Position numbers and translations under genes: made by a program
Origin: Eledone cirrhosa
Lineage: Eukaryota
Direction of reading: 5' to 3'
Assembly: GCA_964016885.1 (NCBI GenBank)
Contig: OZ024741.1
Location: 381,734,001 to 381,798,000 of the forward strand
Length of the DNA: 64,000 nt
Notes under the pieces: model-generated
Told to the model about the DNA's origin: nothing
What the model saw: the letters and a program-made list of their open reading frames with translations, nothing else
Database searches by the model: none
Shown here: in pieces, positions 41,421 through 55,640 of the stretch
Layout of the letters: each line of letters begins with the position of its first letter
Position numbering within the stretch: position 1 is the first letter of the stretch

Positions 41421-41499
41421 ATAATATGCCCCAAATGTTTTCTGGTAATATTTTCCAGTTCAAGTTATCCGACAAACAGTGTAGCTTGTGTTTCTAACA

Positions 41500-41593
41500 C
41501 AGCAGCAGTGATGACTTAATATTCACAGCAGCAGTGATGACTTAATATTCACATTTTACCAGCAGTGATGACTTAATATTCACATTTTACCAG
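41500..41593. repeat. Short tandem repeat (cagcagtgatgacttaatattcaca..., 3 copies)
   Basis: Seen directly. Confidence 0.85.
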
Positions 41594-41607
41594 GTTTGCG
41601 AGAAACC

Positions 41608-42112
41608 GTGTATGGTTCTTTTTAGAAATCGAAAAGGCATTCTATCGAGTTCCATCTAAATTATGAAACTTTCCGGAAGTATATGGGATCAATGGTCTTC
41701 TTCTTCTTCTCGTGAAGTCCTTATAAGGATGCCCTAGTAGTTGTGTGCAGATACATGTTGATAAGTCGAAATAATGTAATGTGTGTTCGGATCCCTCAAG
41801 GATGCACACTATCACGCTAATGAATAGAATTGGTATGTGCAGCCGACTTAAAGATTATAGAAAACCGGCCAGTGTTGGATGAGTCAACTGGAATTTGCAG
41901 GTGACATGGTACAACATATCTGGTTGAAAGGTAATATCTCACATGCACTAATAAGGATACACCCGTAACAATTGGAGGCAGTTTCTTCTGATAGAAACCT
42001 TTGGAAGGCGTGCCTGACGACCCACCTCTCCCACGGACACCGGAAGCAGAATGACTGAACAAAGCAGAAGCATTGTAATACCGGTCCTGTATATCAGACA
42101 CTTACACACACG

Positions 42113-42175
<63 letters not shown>

Positions 42176-42223
42176 GTGTGTATATATATATATATACATA
42201 ACATATGTAAAAGAAAACATATA

Positions 42224-42289
<66 letters not shown>

Positions 42290-42789
42290 TCCTTCTACAG
42301 ATATATATATATAGCGAAGGAAGTGTGGTGAGGTACCAGGTGGACCATTACGCACCAGAATACTCGATACCTGGGTAGTAGAGTGGGTAATAGAAAAAGA
42401 GTCAGAACCCGACGGCAGACCTCAAGCCGTTTCGACAGCTAGCTTATCTTAGTGCATGTGAGATATTACCTTTCAACCAGATATGTTGTACCATGTCACC
42501 TGCAAATGCCAGTTGACTCATCCAACACTGGCCGGTTTTCTATAATCTTTAAGTCGGCTGCACATACCAATTCTATTCATTAGCGTGATAGTGTGCATCC
42601 TTGAGGGATCCGAACACACATTACATTATTTCGACTTATCACCATGTATCTGCACACAACTACTAGGGCATCCTTATAAGGACTTCACGAGAAGAAGAAG
42701 ACCATTGATCCCATATACTTCCGGAAAGTTTCATAATTTAGATGGAACTCGATAGAATGCCTTTTCGATTTCTAAAAAGAACCATACAC
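41608..42789. repeat. Near-identical inverted duplication (41608-41951 / 42449-42789) of an old RTE RT fragment around a (TA)n-rich core
   Basis: The arms differ at only a few positions and translate to FLEIEKAFYRVP...YGINGLLL..VKSL..QGCTLS..FAGDMV (decayed RTE RT). Confidence 0.85.
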
Positions 42790-42845
42790 CTTTGGGCAAT
42801 ACTCCCACGATTTCTTTTCCTATATATACATATTTGTTTAATTTT

Positions 42846-42943
<98 letters not shown>

Positions 42944-43960
42944 AAATATATATTGTATTGAATTTGAAGCCACTATAATGACTCTTATGCTGCCATAAAG
43001 AAAGACAGGGACATTATATCTTATTTTACACTCACCTACATCACAAGCATATTGAACATATACTTAAGAAGCTAATAGTTTTCTGTTCTTCCTTGTTAGA
43101 ATATGTGAAATCTTTCAATGTACCAACTCAGTTTTGATTCTATATTCATACTAATCCCGCCCATTCTGTACACAACTAACGTTCTTGTAGAAAGGGACAA
43201 ACGTATGAAACTACTATATATCTGCTATAATATATTGAATTTTCCTGCATATGCTAAGAAGAATTATATAATTCCTTTTATAGGAAATCATTTTAGCTTC
43301 CAGATGCTTACTTTTATAATTCTCAATATTTTATATAATGATTGTTACATATCTCAATAGAAAGAGATTAAATGCAAAAAAAAAAAAAAGATAAATGCAA
43401 AAAATAACATGAAATAAAATGAAATAAGAAGGTATGTAATTCTAAAGGTGGATATATATAGTAAAAAGAAATCCTTCGGCTACTGCCTAATACCTCAATT
43501 TTAATGAAATATTTGTGTGAAGACAAAAGAAATTGGTTTCTATAACTTTTCGCCACAGGTAATCCATAGCTAACGTAAAGAATCGCTCGGAGGAACAACA
43601 TATATGAAATAAACTTAGCTAGAGGATATTAGCAATCAAAACCGTTTCTCTATGCTAAATATTTTACTGGATAAGCATGAAAATATCGACGTCTAAAACA
43701 ACATCAATAACAATATCAGCTGAAAAACGAAATGAAACAATAAATTAATAACAAAAACAAAAGAAGAAAACAGCAATAATGATATATCAAATTTAGAGAT
43801 ATCATTCAATTGCATTTTATCAGTGACATGTATAGCATAATTTTCTCGAGATATTCATCTTGCTAAAACAGTTGAAAATGTTGATACTTTTTAAAGTTAG
43901 TTTTTCCTTTTTATATTTAAATACGAAGAGAATGTTACCGATAAAATATTGTACTGAACT

Positions 43961-45168
43961 TTAGATATTTCGGAAAGTAATTGCGTTTTTTCACCACTCT
44001 GAAATGTGAATCAACCCATCACATCAGACAGCCGAGATCAAATTGGCGAGAACTGTTTAAAATAATCCAGTGTAGCATCTCTTCTAACCGGCAGTGTACC
44101 ACACATAATTATTTCGGTAAATAACCCCACGGAGGATAGGAACTTTATCAAACAACAGGTTCCGCATTGCTTACAGTATGTGTTTCGAAAGAACAGCAAG
44201 CCTACAGAAGCATTAAAAAACATTTGTGAAGTGTATTCCGGTGTAGTAAAAGCTCGTACATGTCAGAGCGTTGCTCTGGAAGATGACCCAGCCTGAAAGA
44301 CGACTTCTTGAATGAGACTGTTTTATTGATTCAACGTCAAAGCACATGAGATGTATGAATTTAACGTGTCATGTTCAACTATCCATAATACCTCAAGGAA
44401 ATTAGAAATAAATTCAAAAGAGGAATTTCGATTCCACATGAGCTTACGTTTGAAAACTGAACACAATATTTCAACATCTCTAGCATTCTTCTAATCAGGC
44501 ATACCCATCTATCTTTTCTGCAGAGATTTGTTACAGATGATGAAAAATTGGTTTCATATCACAACAGAAAAATAAAAATACTAAGGTCATCATGTAATGT
44601 GAAACTAGCAACAACAACAAAACAGAACTCCATCCACAAAATACATTCTCTAGTTTGATGGAACATGAACATTATCGTCTATTACGAGCTACTGGAACAT
44701 GGAAGGACCATCAATGCAGATGCCTGTTGCCAACAACTTTATCGTGTAAATGAAAATTGACGTCGAAAGCGGCCTTCTTTGGTAAACAAAAAAGGTGTCA
44801 ATGTTCAGCATGATAATGCATATCACACACTGCAAAACAAATCTAAAAAGTATAAGGTCAATAGGATGGAACGTTCTTCCACATCCTCCATACTCACATG
44901 ACTTAGCGCCTTCACATTTGCTTTTCTTCGTATCAGTAGAACATTTTATAAGAGGCAACATCTTCAGAAAGAGAGAGGAAGTTGAAAACAGACTTTCATA
45001 TAATTTGTTAGGAAAAGAAATAGGTTTTTTTTTAACGTAGCATCAAAAAGTTACCTTACCGTCGGGCAGCAGGATTACATGCTTGATTAAAATTATTCAG
45101 ATGACCGTTGTGTATATTCGTTTTTACATGCTTTCTGGAAACACGTAATTACTTTCGGAGCACCATAA
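43961..45168 (+). mobile_element. Degenerate mariner (Tc1/mariner) DNA transposon, about 1.2 kb
   Basis: TIRs resemble Hsmar1 (..gaaagtaattgcgtttt / aaacacgtaattactttcgg..). Transposase remnants IPHEL, VTDDEK, HDNA and HPPYSHDLAPS. Confidence 0.88.
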
Positions 45169-45402
45169 TAGTTGAAATAATGCTCTTTGGTTGAAATTAT
45201 GATTCAATTTCCTTAGATATAGAAATAATTTTAAAAAGTTAACAGGATCACATGGTATTCCTATATTTTGGGAGGAATTTTTATCACAGAGATGCACCAG
45301 CTGCAGTAGTAATGGCAGCAGCAGTAGTAATAGTAGCAGCAACAGTAGCAGCAACAGTAGTAGTATTATTATTATTCTTATTATTATTATTGTTATTGTT
45401 AT

Positions 45403-48400
45403 TCCTTGAATCTCAGTCATTGATGTTGGTTAACTGGAAAGTCCGTTGGATTGAATATCAAGCCACTACCTGCAGCCTCAGATATTCAGGACGTATCGGA
45501 GGGTTCTTGCTGTTCCAAGCAAGCATGCCTTTTGAAGCGTTCCAAAAAGCGTGAAGGGGCCGATTTTCTTTAACCATCCCTGGAAACTTTTGGAGATAGT
45601 CCCCAGTGCGCCTATGACAATCGGGATCACTTTGACTTCATGGCAGTTCCAAATCCTTTTCACCTCCCACTTTAGGTCCTGGTATCGGTTAATTTTCTCC
45701 CTCTCCTTCTCTTGCACTCTCGTGTCGAACGGGCAGGCCACATCCACAATCAGGCACGATCTTTTTTCTTTGTCCACAACCACCAGGTCAGGTCTATTGT
45801 GTTCCAGTTTTTTGTCCGTCTGTATCCTAAAATCCCACAGCACCTTCACCTGATTGTTCTCCATCACCGCCTCTGGCCTATGCTCATACCATTTCTCAGA
45901 ATGTGGTAAATTGTTTACTTTGCACAGGTGCCAGTGGATCACCCTGCCCATCACATCGTGTCTCCAGCCCTTATAGTGGGTCTGGGCTAGGTGTTTACAT
46001 TCGGACACAATGTGAGCCACAGTCTCCTCTCTCTCTCCACAGATCCTGCACAGTGGGCTAGCCTCCTCCTTGTAGATATGGTGCATCAACCACTTCGTTT
46101 TGAGGGCCTGCTCCTGCGCAGCCATTAGCATTCCTTCTGTAGCCTTTTTGAGGTCTCCTCTTCTCAACCAGTTCCATGTCTGTGGATCTCTAAATTCAGT
46201 TTTCTCAAAGAAGGTACTATGAAGGGATTTTCCCTTAAGGCTGCTCTTCCTCCTTGATGTTATTTCCTCCTTGGACATCCCCTGGCCTACTGTCCCCTCC
46301 TTCAGTACAGTTCTGAGCATTGGCTCCTTACTATAGGTCACGTATTTGTATAGGTTGTTTTTCTCCATCTGAACACAGTCCTCTATGCTGATAAGACCTC
46401 TTCCACCCTCAGATCTCCTTAGGTAGAGTCTATCGACATCACTCCTCTTGTGGAACATGTTGTAGATAGTCAATAGCTTCCTAGTCTTCCTATCCATTTC
46501 TTTTTGTTCAGCAACATTCCATCTCAGAATTCCCGCACTGTACCTAATAATAGACACAGCTCGGGAATTTACTGCGCTTATGGCATTTCTGCTGTTCAGA
46601 TGTGACTTCAATACACTCCTTACTCTCCGAATGTATTCAGTTCTTAACAATTCCTTCATTTTTTTGTTCTTTATGCCATCAGCCTCCAGAACGCCCAAAT
46701 ACTTGTATCCTTCCTCAGAGTCAATTTCCTTTATCATCTCACCTGTTGGTATCTGGATCCCGTTACTTCTGCTCAACCTGCCCCTCTTCATCACAATGAC
46801 TCCACATTTATCAATACCAAACTGCATACATATATCACTGCTGAAAATACGGACAGTGTCAACAAGCACATCCAACTCCTTCTCACTTTTCCCGAAGAGC
46901 TTAAGATCGTCCATGAAGAGGAGGTGATTGATGGTAAGCTCTCCCCTTCCCAACTTGTATCCTGCTCTCACTTTTCGCAGCATAATGGTCAAGGGCATCA
47001 GGGCAAGGACAAACAACAGAGGGGACAGGCTATCTCCCTGGAAGATACCTCTCTTGATCTTCACGCTTCCCAAGGATACTCCAGTTGATGTCAACTCTGT
47101 CTCCCAGGACCCCATACTCCTGCCTAGCAACTGTCTGATGTTATCTGCCACCCTGAAGATCTCCAGGCTTTTGGTGATCCAGGAATGAGGCACCATGTCA
47201 AATGCCTTTCTGTAGTCTATCCATCCCATGGCAAGATCAGTGTGTCTCCTCCTGCAATTCCCCATTACCATCTTATCAATAAGTAACTGGTCCTTTGTAC
47301 CACGTGACTTCTTTCGGCATCCTTTCTGTTCGTCCGGTAACAAGTTGTTTGTGTGGAGGTGGTGGTAGATTTCCTCAGACACAATTTCCACATTACGGAC
47401 AGACATGTGATAGGTCTATAGTTGGTAAAATCATTACCCTTGATTCGGTCTTTCATTATCAGAACTGTGGTACCTTTTGTCAACCACTCTGGCACCTCAC
47501 CCGACACCAAGCAGTCATTGAACATGGCCGTCAGCTTCGGGTGGAGGGATGTTAAATGTTTAATCCAATACCCCTGCACACCATCTGGGCCTGGTGATTT
47601 CCAGTTGGTTAGTTTTTTGGCTTGCCCCTTAAGAGTTTCAACTGTGATACACAAATCAGTTTGTTGTTGTGCCTGCTCACCGATCTCCCTCTGTACTGTC
47701 TCAATCCACCCTGCCTGGGTATTGTGTCTAACATCCTGCTCCCATATTCCTCTCCAGAATGTTTTAGTTTGTTCCGCCCCAGGGATCAAGTCGTTGCCTC
47801 TTTCTTTCCCCTCAAGCTGTCCAAACAGCATCTTCTGGTTGTTGTCGAACATGCGGTTCTGTTTATACTGACGGACTCTGTTCTCGTATCGCCTGATTTT
47901 TGCACTCTTTGCTACAATGCGTTGCTTCAATTCCTCTATGATAATATTTAGCTTTTTACTCCTAGTTTTGTATTTTATTTCCAGTCTATTTTTAGTGCCT
48001 ATGTTTTTTAGTGTCCCATTCAGTAGTGACTCAAGCTTTCCTATGTCATTCCTCATTTCCCCGATTTGCCCACTCAGTCGCTTCTTCCACCACGGCTCTG
48101 CTCTTTCTTGTCTGTTGTTTCCTCTCGCTTTTATACCAAGTAGTTTCCTCACCGTACTTGCTGTTGCTTTGAGGATATTGTTGCACTGGTGAAGGCTCCT
48201 CGCCTCAAGGTATGGGATGACTTTGTTTACCTTAGCTGTTGTTTCTTTTAACTTTTTCCTGTCTACAAATCTTAGGTTCATAGGTCTCCCACTATCATTG
48301 TTCAATTCATCTACCACTAAATTTAGGATGTCAACCGAATCTTGTCCTAGCCCGTCAGCATTCATCTTCTCAGTGGCCGTATCTCTGTTCCAGGTATTAT

Positions 48401-49077
48401 TTATCTCAGTATTCAGATCATTGTCTGCTTCGGGTGGTTCCTCCGTTCTCAGGACCTCTTCACCTTCATTTCCCACTGGCTCGCTTGTCTGGCATACTAC
48501 ACCCGCCATCTCCAAGCCATTCTCTCTGCTCAGTTCCTCCAGTTCCAGCTCGCTTATCCACCCATTAGTTCTTATTACCCGAGCCTGCCCGGCCAATTTT
48601 TGTTCATCTAATTTAAATAAACCAATCTCGTTCCAGATGTTATGCATCCGTCTCCTGTAGCCCCTCTCCTTGGGGTTACTTTTCAGGTAGCATTGCATAA
48701 CAGTTCTATTCAATTCTTTCGTCCAGTTGGTTCTGGCCCCTTTCCTTCTTCTTCTTCCTCCAACATCAGCAGTATTTGGTTGACAGTCAGGTTCCTGCTG
48801 CTGAGCCAGGGGGCACCTGTTGGGTGAGAGTCTGTCACATGACGTTCTAGTCTCCATTTCACCGTTATTCGAACTGTTTATGTTCGATATTTAAACACTC
48901 TTATCGAGGATTGGCGAATGTATAGTTACATAGCCATCTGTGGATCCGCCATCCCACTTGGCCCTTGTGTGGCATTATCACCACGCTGTATACGAACACA
49001 CATAAACAAACAAACACACAGGCAGAAAGGGCCCCAAAAATGAATAAGCATAAGTTTCATTGTAATGTAGTGTTCGA
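45403..49077 (-). mobile_element. Full-length Dong/R4-clade non-LTR retrotransposon inserted in (AAT)n
   Basis: Single ORF with RT, CCHC finger and RLE. (TTA)n tracts on both flanks (45363-45402, 49078-49127). Confidence 0.92.
45478..48857 (-). pseudogene. Dong/R4 polyprotein (N-terminal Myb-like, RT, zinc knuckle, PD-(D/E)xK endonuclease) with one frameshift at about 47385
   Basis: ORFs 47265-48857 and 45478-47406: [82 protein letters not shown]. Confidence 0.92.
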
Positions 49078-49235
<158 letters not shown>

Positions 49236-51379
49236 TTCACTAGTCACAAGCTAATCAAAGCATTCAGATCATGACCTGCTTGTTTGTTTCATACACACAC
49301 ATACACACACACACGCACACACATTCAAACGCACATACGCACAAATACACACACAATATATACATATATATTGCTTAGCTACCAAATCAAGTCTTATCAA
49401 ACTGACCTCACAAAATAGATGCACTCTGTGTTGTTTGAAGTCTGCAGAATGTGATTTAAGAAATGTCAGGTTGCTCTATCGAGCATTCGAGTGCCCATTG
49501 AGAAGTAGAATATGTTAGTTTCAACTGTGATGCAAACAAGTTTGTTCTACTTTATATCATAATTTGTTGTTTTGTATTTGAATCAAATCTTCATTTAATA
49601 TGTTATCCGCTATTAAAATTACGTTATAAATTCCTCTACTTGCTACTCTCAAATCACATCATACCTACTTAAACCATAACAATGATAATGACATAATATT
49701 TTGGATCGTAAATCTGCTTGATAGCAGCTAAAATGGGGGTAAACAACAAACTAATAGATTTCCAACACAATTGCCTTTCCTTGTTTGCTTGACTTCTCAG
49801 AAATAACATGGAAATCTCTTTAACATTACACACTTTCGCTGTCTAAAATGATAGTCACATTGAATTATTTGGTTCTAATTTGCATTTGATCATAGGTTTG
49901 TTGATCATTCAATTTACCGACATAACGTCCTCTTAATCACTCGCTCTCTCTCTCTCTGACACACACACGCACACAAACACACACACTCGCACAAACAAAT
50001 AAACACATTCACAGTAACATAGGCACGCACACAAAAATACCCTCCTCTCGATCCAAACAGGAATATGTATGACTTTGTTTGCAGATTTAAAACAGACATG
50101 CTATAGGGATTTTGCGCTCATATCTGTGACAAATAAGGGCATTGATTTAACATTTGAAATTGAGAATTAAACACAGCTTTCTAGCGTGGTAATTTGATTA
50201 CTGAGATCCGAAAAACTTTATCCCTGTTCTATGTTTAGCCTGCCACATCTAAATGACAGCAATTAGTTTATTTCGCGAACACCCATGAAACAACGATTTA
50301 TCTCTAAATACAAATGGTGTCAAAAGAAGCTCTATGTCCTGATTCACCTTCTATTGTTTTTGTTTTGTCCTATCAACCAAAACCAATCATCCTTATTAAT
50401 CTTTCTATTTATTATTACAGATCTGTGCATCTCCTTTCTTGCCTGCTGTTCCTGTACAGGCATCAATTAATCACTCTGAAAAAGTTCAAAGATATCGCCA
50501 ACATAGTAAACATTGTGGGAAAGATTGTTAAATTATACCTCCTCCTTGGACAAAATGATACAAATGATAAATACGTAGGCTAGGGATGTCAACGTGATTT
50601 AATCTTCAACTATGTCTATATATCCTGTTTCTTTAACTTTCTAAATACCTTATCTATCCACATGCACCTGCTAAAAAAATATCCTTCCCCACAATTTACT
50701 TCTAGAATGTATTAATTATCCTGAATTCTAAATAAATCGAGTGAACCTGTTTTGTCTCAAGATATCCTCATTTCTTTTCATTTCTTCTCTCTGTTAACGG
50801 TCTTTGCTTGAGGCCGACAGCATGTTTCTATTCCACACGGCTTAATGAAAGTGTTATGTTCTTCCTTAAGATTAAAAGCGGATTTTGTATTACTTAATAT
50901 ATTTGCTTTAATTAATGTTGCTACGATTTTCCTAAATATGTCTATTGAGTTATTCCTTCGGACAAATATATTATATCGTATGGATTAACTAACATGATTA
51001 GGATTATCTAGTTCGATGTATTTTATATAGCCGAAATAAGTCAGCAAATCGTTTCTACTTTGACTTGTACAAATCTAAATAACGGAACTGAAAGTAACTG
51101 ACGTTATATAATGCTATAAATATGTTCGTTCCTCTTAAATACCCTTCGCCCATCAGGTTTCGTGATCAATAGATGAAGAATTAACTAAAGAAAATATACT
51201 ATACTGAAGAAGATTAATGAGATGAATTCTTACCATACTTGCCAAATATTTATGTAAATTAGTGTTAGTCTAATTTTAAGAAATTAATTGTTAGGGTTAT
51301 CGCCCTTGCATATCAGGATCATTTACAAAATTCGTGTTCATCTTTTCCCTTCTTCATGCCTTATATATTTGTCTTGATA

Positions 51380-52256
51380 AATTATTATTTAATATTTCAT
51401 TCACCATATTATGTTAAAACTAACTGGACTAATTACTAATAAAGAGATAATAGTGATTTGTATACTTGGCCATACAGATATTAGAGTAAATAGGAAAGCC
51501 TTAGAATTAGCAAAAGAATGAGCACAAAGGGAAATAATATATATATAGTCTACATCCCAAATATTTCGAAAGTAAAAGCATTTAGCAAACAAATAATTAG
51601 TCAAGATAGGTTAAATATTTTGGAGATATGCTGACAAATTCCAATCCCTCACTTTCTCAACCAGATTTGAAAACATTCAAAACTTATCCACCATTGAGTA
51701 ATGCAAATATAAAGAATCACTAGCCTTCGAACTAGACATATTCAATTGAACGACATTCTATCAAGAACAGATCGAAGACATTCACCTCTGTGTTCTTGTG
51801 GTGACTCTTCAGAAACTCTTTGGCACTATATGTTCCAATGTAGAAACTATCAGTTTGAGAGAGAGGACATGCAAGAATCAATCTTTAAAATACTACCAAG
51901 ATTGGAAGTTCAATATTCGATTATATAAATAAAATCTTGGATTACATGGAAGCTACGAAACAATTCAACAAGAGAAATTTCCCTCGTTTCCTCTTTTCAT
52001 TTTCCTTTTCTAATCTGCTTTCAATATTTGAAATGTTATCTTTATTTTATTTTTTCCCTTTTTCTCTTCTTTTATGTTATATTTTATTTTTGTTTTTAGT
52101 TTTTTTTTTTTTTGCTTTTCTCTTCATTTTTCTTTTCTTTTTTATTACTTGACTCATTAATTCTTTTTGATTATTTACTATAAGGATTAATAGATACTTC
52201 CCCGAGTCTGTCATGGCTTACATTACGGACGTTTAAATGGAATAAATAAATAAAGA
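51380..52256 (+). mobile_element. 3' fragment of an RNase H-containing (I-group-like) LINE
   Basis: GHTDIRVNRKALELAK (RNase H GHxGIxGNExADxLAK-like, about 51469-51516), CSCGDSSETLWHYMFQC zinc knuckle, T-rich UTR and (AATA)n tail. Confidence 0.7.
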
Positions 52257-53099
52257 AATACTTCCAAGATCATGCCAAGATCATTTCCTTTCGGGAATAT
52301 ATATTTTAGACGATTTGAATTGCTGAATGCTATCTCCTTTTGTCACAGACTCCCTAGAGTAATTGAATTCATTTTGTTTCCTAGAGTATATGTTTTCTGT
52401 TTTATTTGATCATTTGATCTTTTCAAATCTTCTTCGTGTTACAGAACTGCTAGAAGCATGTCGAACGCCGAGGATAATAAAAACCAATGATAATTATTAT
52501 ACACCATTCACGTGTTAAAATATCGTTATAATACATTTAACACATTTAATGCCTTGAACATCAAAGCCGTTCTTAGAAATACAATAGCTAATATTATAAA
52601 TTATTTTTACAACTAGAAAAAGCAGAGTTAGTGGTTTGTATGCGAAGCTTATATGAGCTATAACACCTACATTTAAAGTAATCGTCTTAATATAAACTCT
52701 CCAACAGTACTAATTTAAGGGCGTATGTTTCACTAGGTTGGAGACATTTTTCGTGTAAACCTCACAATGATAAATATCGCAAATATTAAATTCGGTCTCC
52801 AATATCATTACAAAAGCAGAATTGACTGTTGATACAATCCCTGTAGAGTTGACTTTTATACAAAGCTATACACTTGTAGCGGAAAAGTTTAGGTGACTGA
52901 ACTGAAACAGGTATAAGACTGGTACACATTTCATAAACCTTCAATAAAGGTTTTGAATTTAGACAATAATAATGAGAATGAATCTTTTAGACTATTAAGT
53001 TAACAACAGTTCTCACTAATTTGTAATAATATTTTAGTTGCTAGCTTACAACATCTTTCCACAACTTAAAGAAAATAAAGACAATTAGTTTATTTAATA

Positions 53100-53977
53100 C
53101 TAGCAGTAAAGCCCGGCGTTGCTCGGGATCGCTCAGTAGCTGTGTTAAAGTTACAATGTTAAGTTTCTTTCTTGGCTTAAAAACTGTAGTGTCTACTGTG
53201 CAGACTTGCATGTGATGTTTTTGATTAATATTCCCTCAACCAACAATATGCCTTATGAAGTTAATAAAACATAACGATAACCCGAATGTTATAACAAAAG
53301 AGGATGCTGGGGATAGAAACTGCACTGGTTATTTATTAACAAAGATCGAACATGTAAACACTGCAACGCAGAGAAAAACATTAGCGTAACCAAATTATCA
53401 GTTATGTCTGTCTGCACGCCTATATCACCTCTCTGCACGACTGTCTGTCTGCACGCCTATATCACCTCTCTGCACGACTGTCTGTCTGCACGCCTATATC
53501 ACCTCTCTGCACGACTGTCTGTCTGCACGACTGTCTGTCTGCACGCCTAACGACGAAATATTTGCTTGTTTTACGTAGTCTTTAAATAGACTTGTTTTCA
53601 AGTAAAAATATTGTTTTAAAATGCTTTTAAATGGAAATGAAGCAAAACGGAAGCTTAGTGTTCGAACTGATGAATTTTGCAGGTCAATATTTTGCTGGCT
53701 CGACAACTGTTAAAGCCAGCGTAATTTTTTACGTAAGACGCTCAATGTAAACAGAACAAAGGGAAATAACTGATAACTTACGCTCAAAAATCGATACATT
53801 ATATTCGATTTCGTCACATAGGGTGGGTCAATTTGAAATCTTTTTTTTTCCGATGTCTTCGCTAGGGCTCAATGTACAAGTATAGCAATTTCGGTGCAAT
53901 TCCGTGAGAGATTCTAAGAGGAGATGTGTGCCAAAAATCGATAGACAGACAGACAACCACAGTTTTATATATATAGA
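53100..53977 (-). mobile_element. Non-autonomous Helitron with an internal 37-bp tandem repeat (53405-53548)
   Basis: The minus strand starts A|TC at 53977 and ends with a hairpin (cccgagcaacgccggg) 8 nt before CTAG|T at 53100, inserted between A and T. Confidence 0.8.
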
Positions 53978-54249
53978 TAATTGTTTGTTCTTATTTCTTC
54001 ACTTTTAGAATAAGTCGAATGACTTTGGCAATGTAAATTATCTATGTTATTTATGCTATAGCTTTGAGTCATATAATCATTAGTAATACGTTCGTAGAGA
54101 TATCTGTTATCTTCCTAATTTATCTTTCATTCTCCAATTTTCTATCAGTGCATCAGTATCAGTGTAGGTGTAGGTACACTTGTACGTGTCTCTGTGTGTG
54201 TATTTGTGTGTACACATACATAACATACAAATATACGTACGTATGTATT

Positions 54250-54311
<62 letters not shown>

Positions 54312-54374
54312 TACACAGACACACACACATAATATATATATATATATATGTATATATACACCCATACAGATATA

Positions 54375-54429
<55 letters not shown>

Positions 54430-55309
54430 GTTAGTGTATGTGAGGCTGCTAATCTTTAAATATTTTCATAGAGGCATCGTGTTTTGCATACATAATATAT
54501 GAAATCACTTCATTTATGAGATAATATAATCTACAACACAGAAACGCCTCGAGTGAAATACCAACGCATATGTTGCTTAAATATTGCTGAGAACTGTCAT
54601 TAAGATAATAACTAAATTCATACACAATGGAATGCAGAGCATTCTTTGATATACCTCATCGCATTACCATATATCATGTTGTCTCATTATCACCTTTTAT
54701 CGGCATGAACTACATATATTGGAAAGTTAGAATTTGCATCTGTTTAGTTTCCAATACCAACACCAAGATGTAAATTTTATCAAGGAGTTATCCCGATTGC
54801 TAGAACTATCAGCTAAATATATTTCATATGACATTCTATTTCGATAGAATAGAAGACTTCGTGGATGTATTGGATAGAACACCTTTCATTATATGTTTGT
54901 ACATCTAGATCTGTGCCGCTAGTAAACAAAATAAACAATACCCAGAAACACCTTTCCTTATAGTTTCGTTTAATTATGTTCGAGTCAAAAGTAAATGAAA
55001 ACTAAAACTATACTCAAAGAACATCAATGGGTGAGCCAGTAAGGGATCACCCACCAAGCTCTATATAAGAGGCAAGTTTCTGTTAAAACACTTGCAAGTA
55101 TTAAAGAGAGAAAAATATCAAATTAGACAACTTATTCTCTGAGGTGCGAAAATACTGTGTTGTCGTTTATGAATATATTGAGTTGCCATTTGATCTGAAA
55201 TCTACTAAGTCAGCGCGAATCAGCATCTCTTGCGAATTCATCGCATCAAATATTTAATAATGTTTTCAGTACTTTACAATTTGCAGCGAAACATTGAGAT
55301 CAATTTGTC

Positions 55310-55640
55310 GGGTGAAGTTTTCATGGGCTGGAAAGTTCATAGGCGGAAAAGTTCCCAGGCTGACCTGGATACACTCATGGAATGATTATATGAAGTTTAT
55401 TTTTCAACATAGTCTCTGGAAAGACACAGCGCTGTTGTTAATAAGAATAGCGGAAATTAATGCATGCAAGATTTCACAGCTTTAACGTGAATCATTCATA
55501 GTCAGCCCATCATGTTTCAACCTACCGTCGTATATAAAATTTCTTCGAAATATATTCTGATTTCATATGTTGACCAGAAGCGTTACCAGCCTCTTTTGAA
55601 TCAAATTTGAACTGGACATATTGTTGCCCTCTGCATTTCG
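55310..55640. mobile_element. Possible mariner-derived remnant
   Basis: aaaagttcccaggctgacc...tttatttttcaacatagtc resembles mariner subterminal sequence; weak. Confidence 0.35.

Noticed and set aside
45551-48827. Plus-strand ORFs overlapping the Dong element, and similar ones over Tx1 and CRE
   Set aside because: Antisense shadows of TE coding sequence with no motifs of their own.
53405-53548. 37-bp repeats of CRISPR-like length
   Set aside because: Contiguous tandem units without spacers, eukaryotic context, no cas genes.
55028-55075. TATA-like ctctatataagagg after a small hairpin
   Set aside because: No downstream gene evidence, and such motifs are common by chance in AT-rich DNA.
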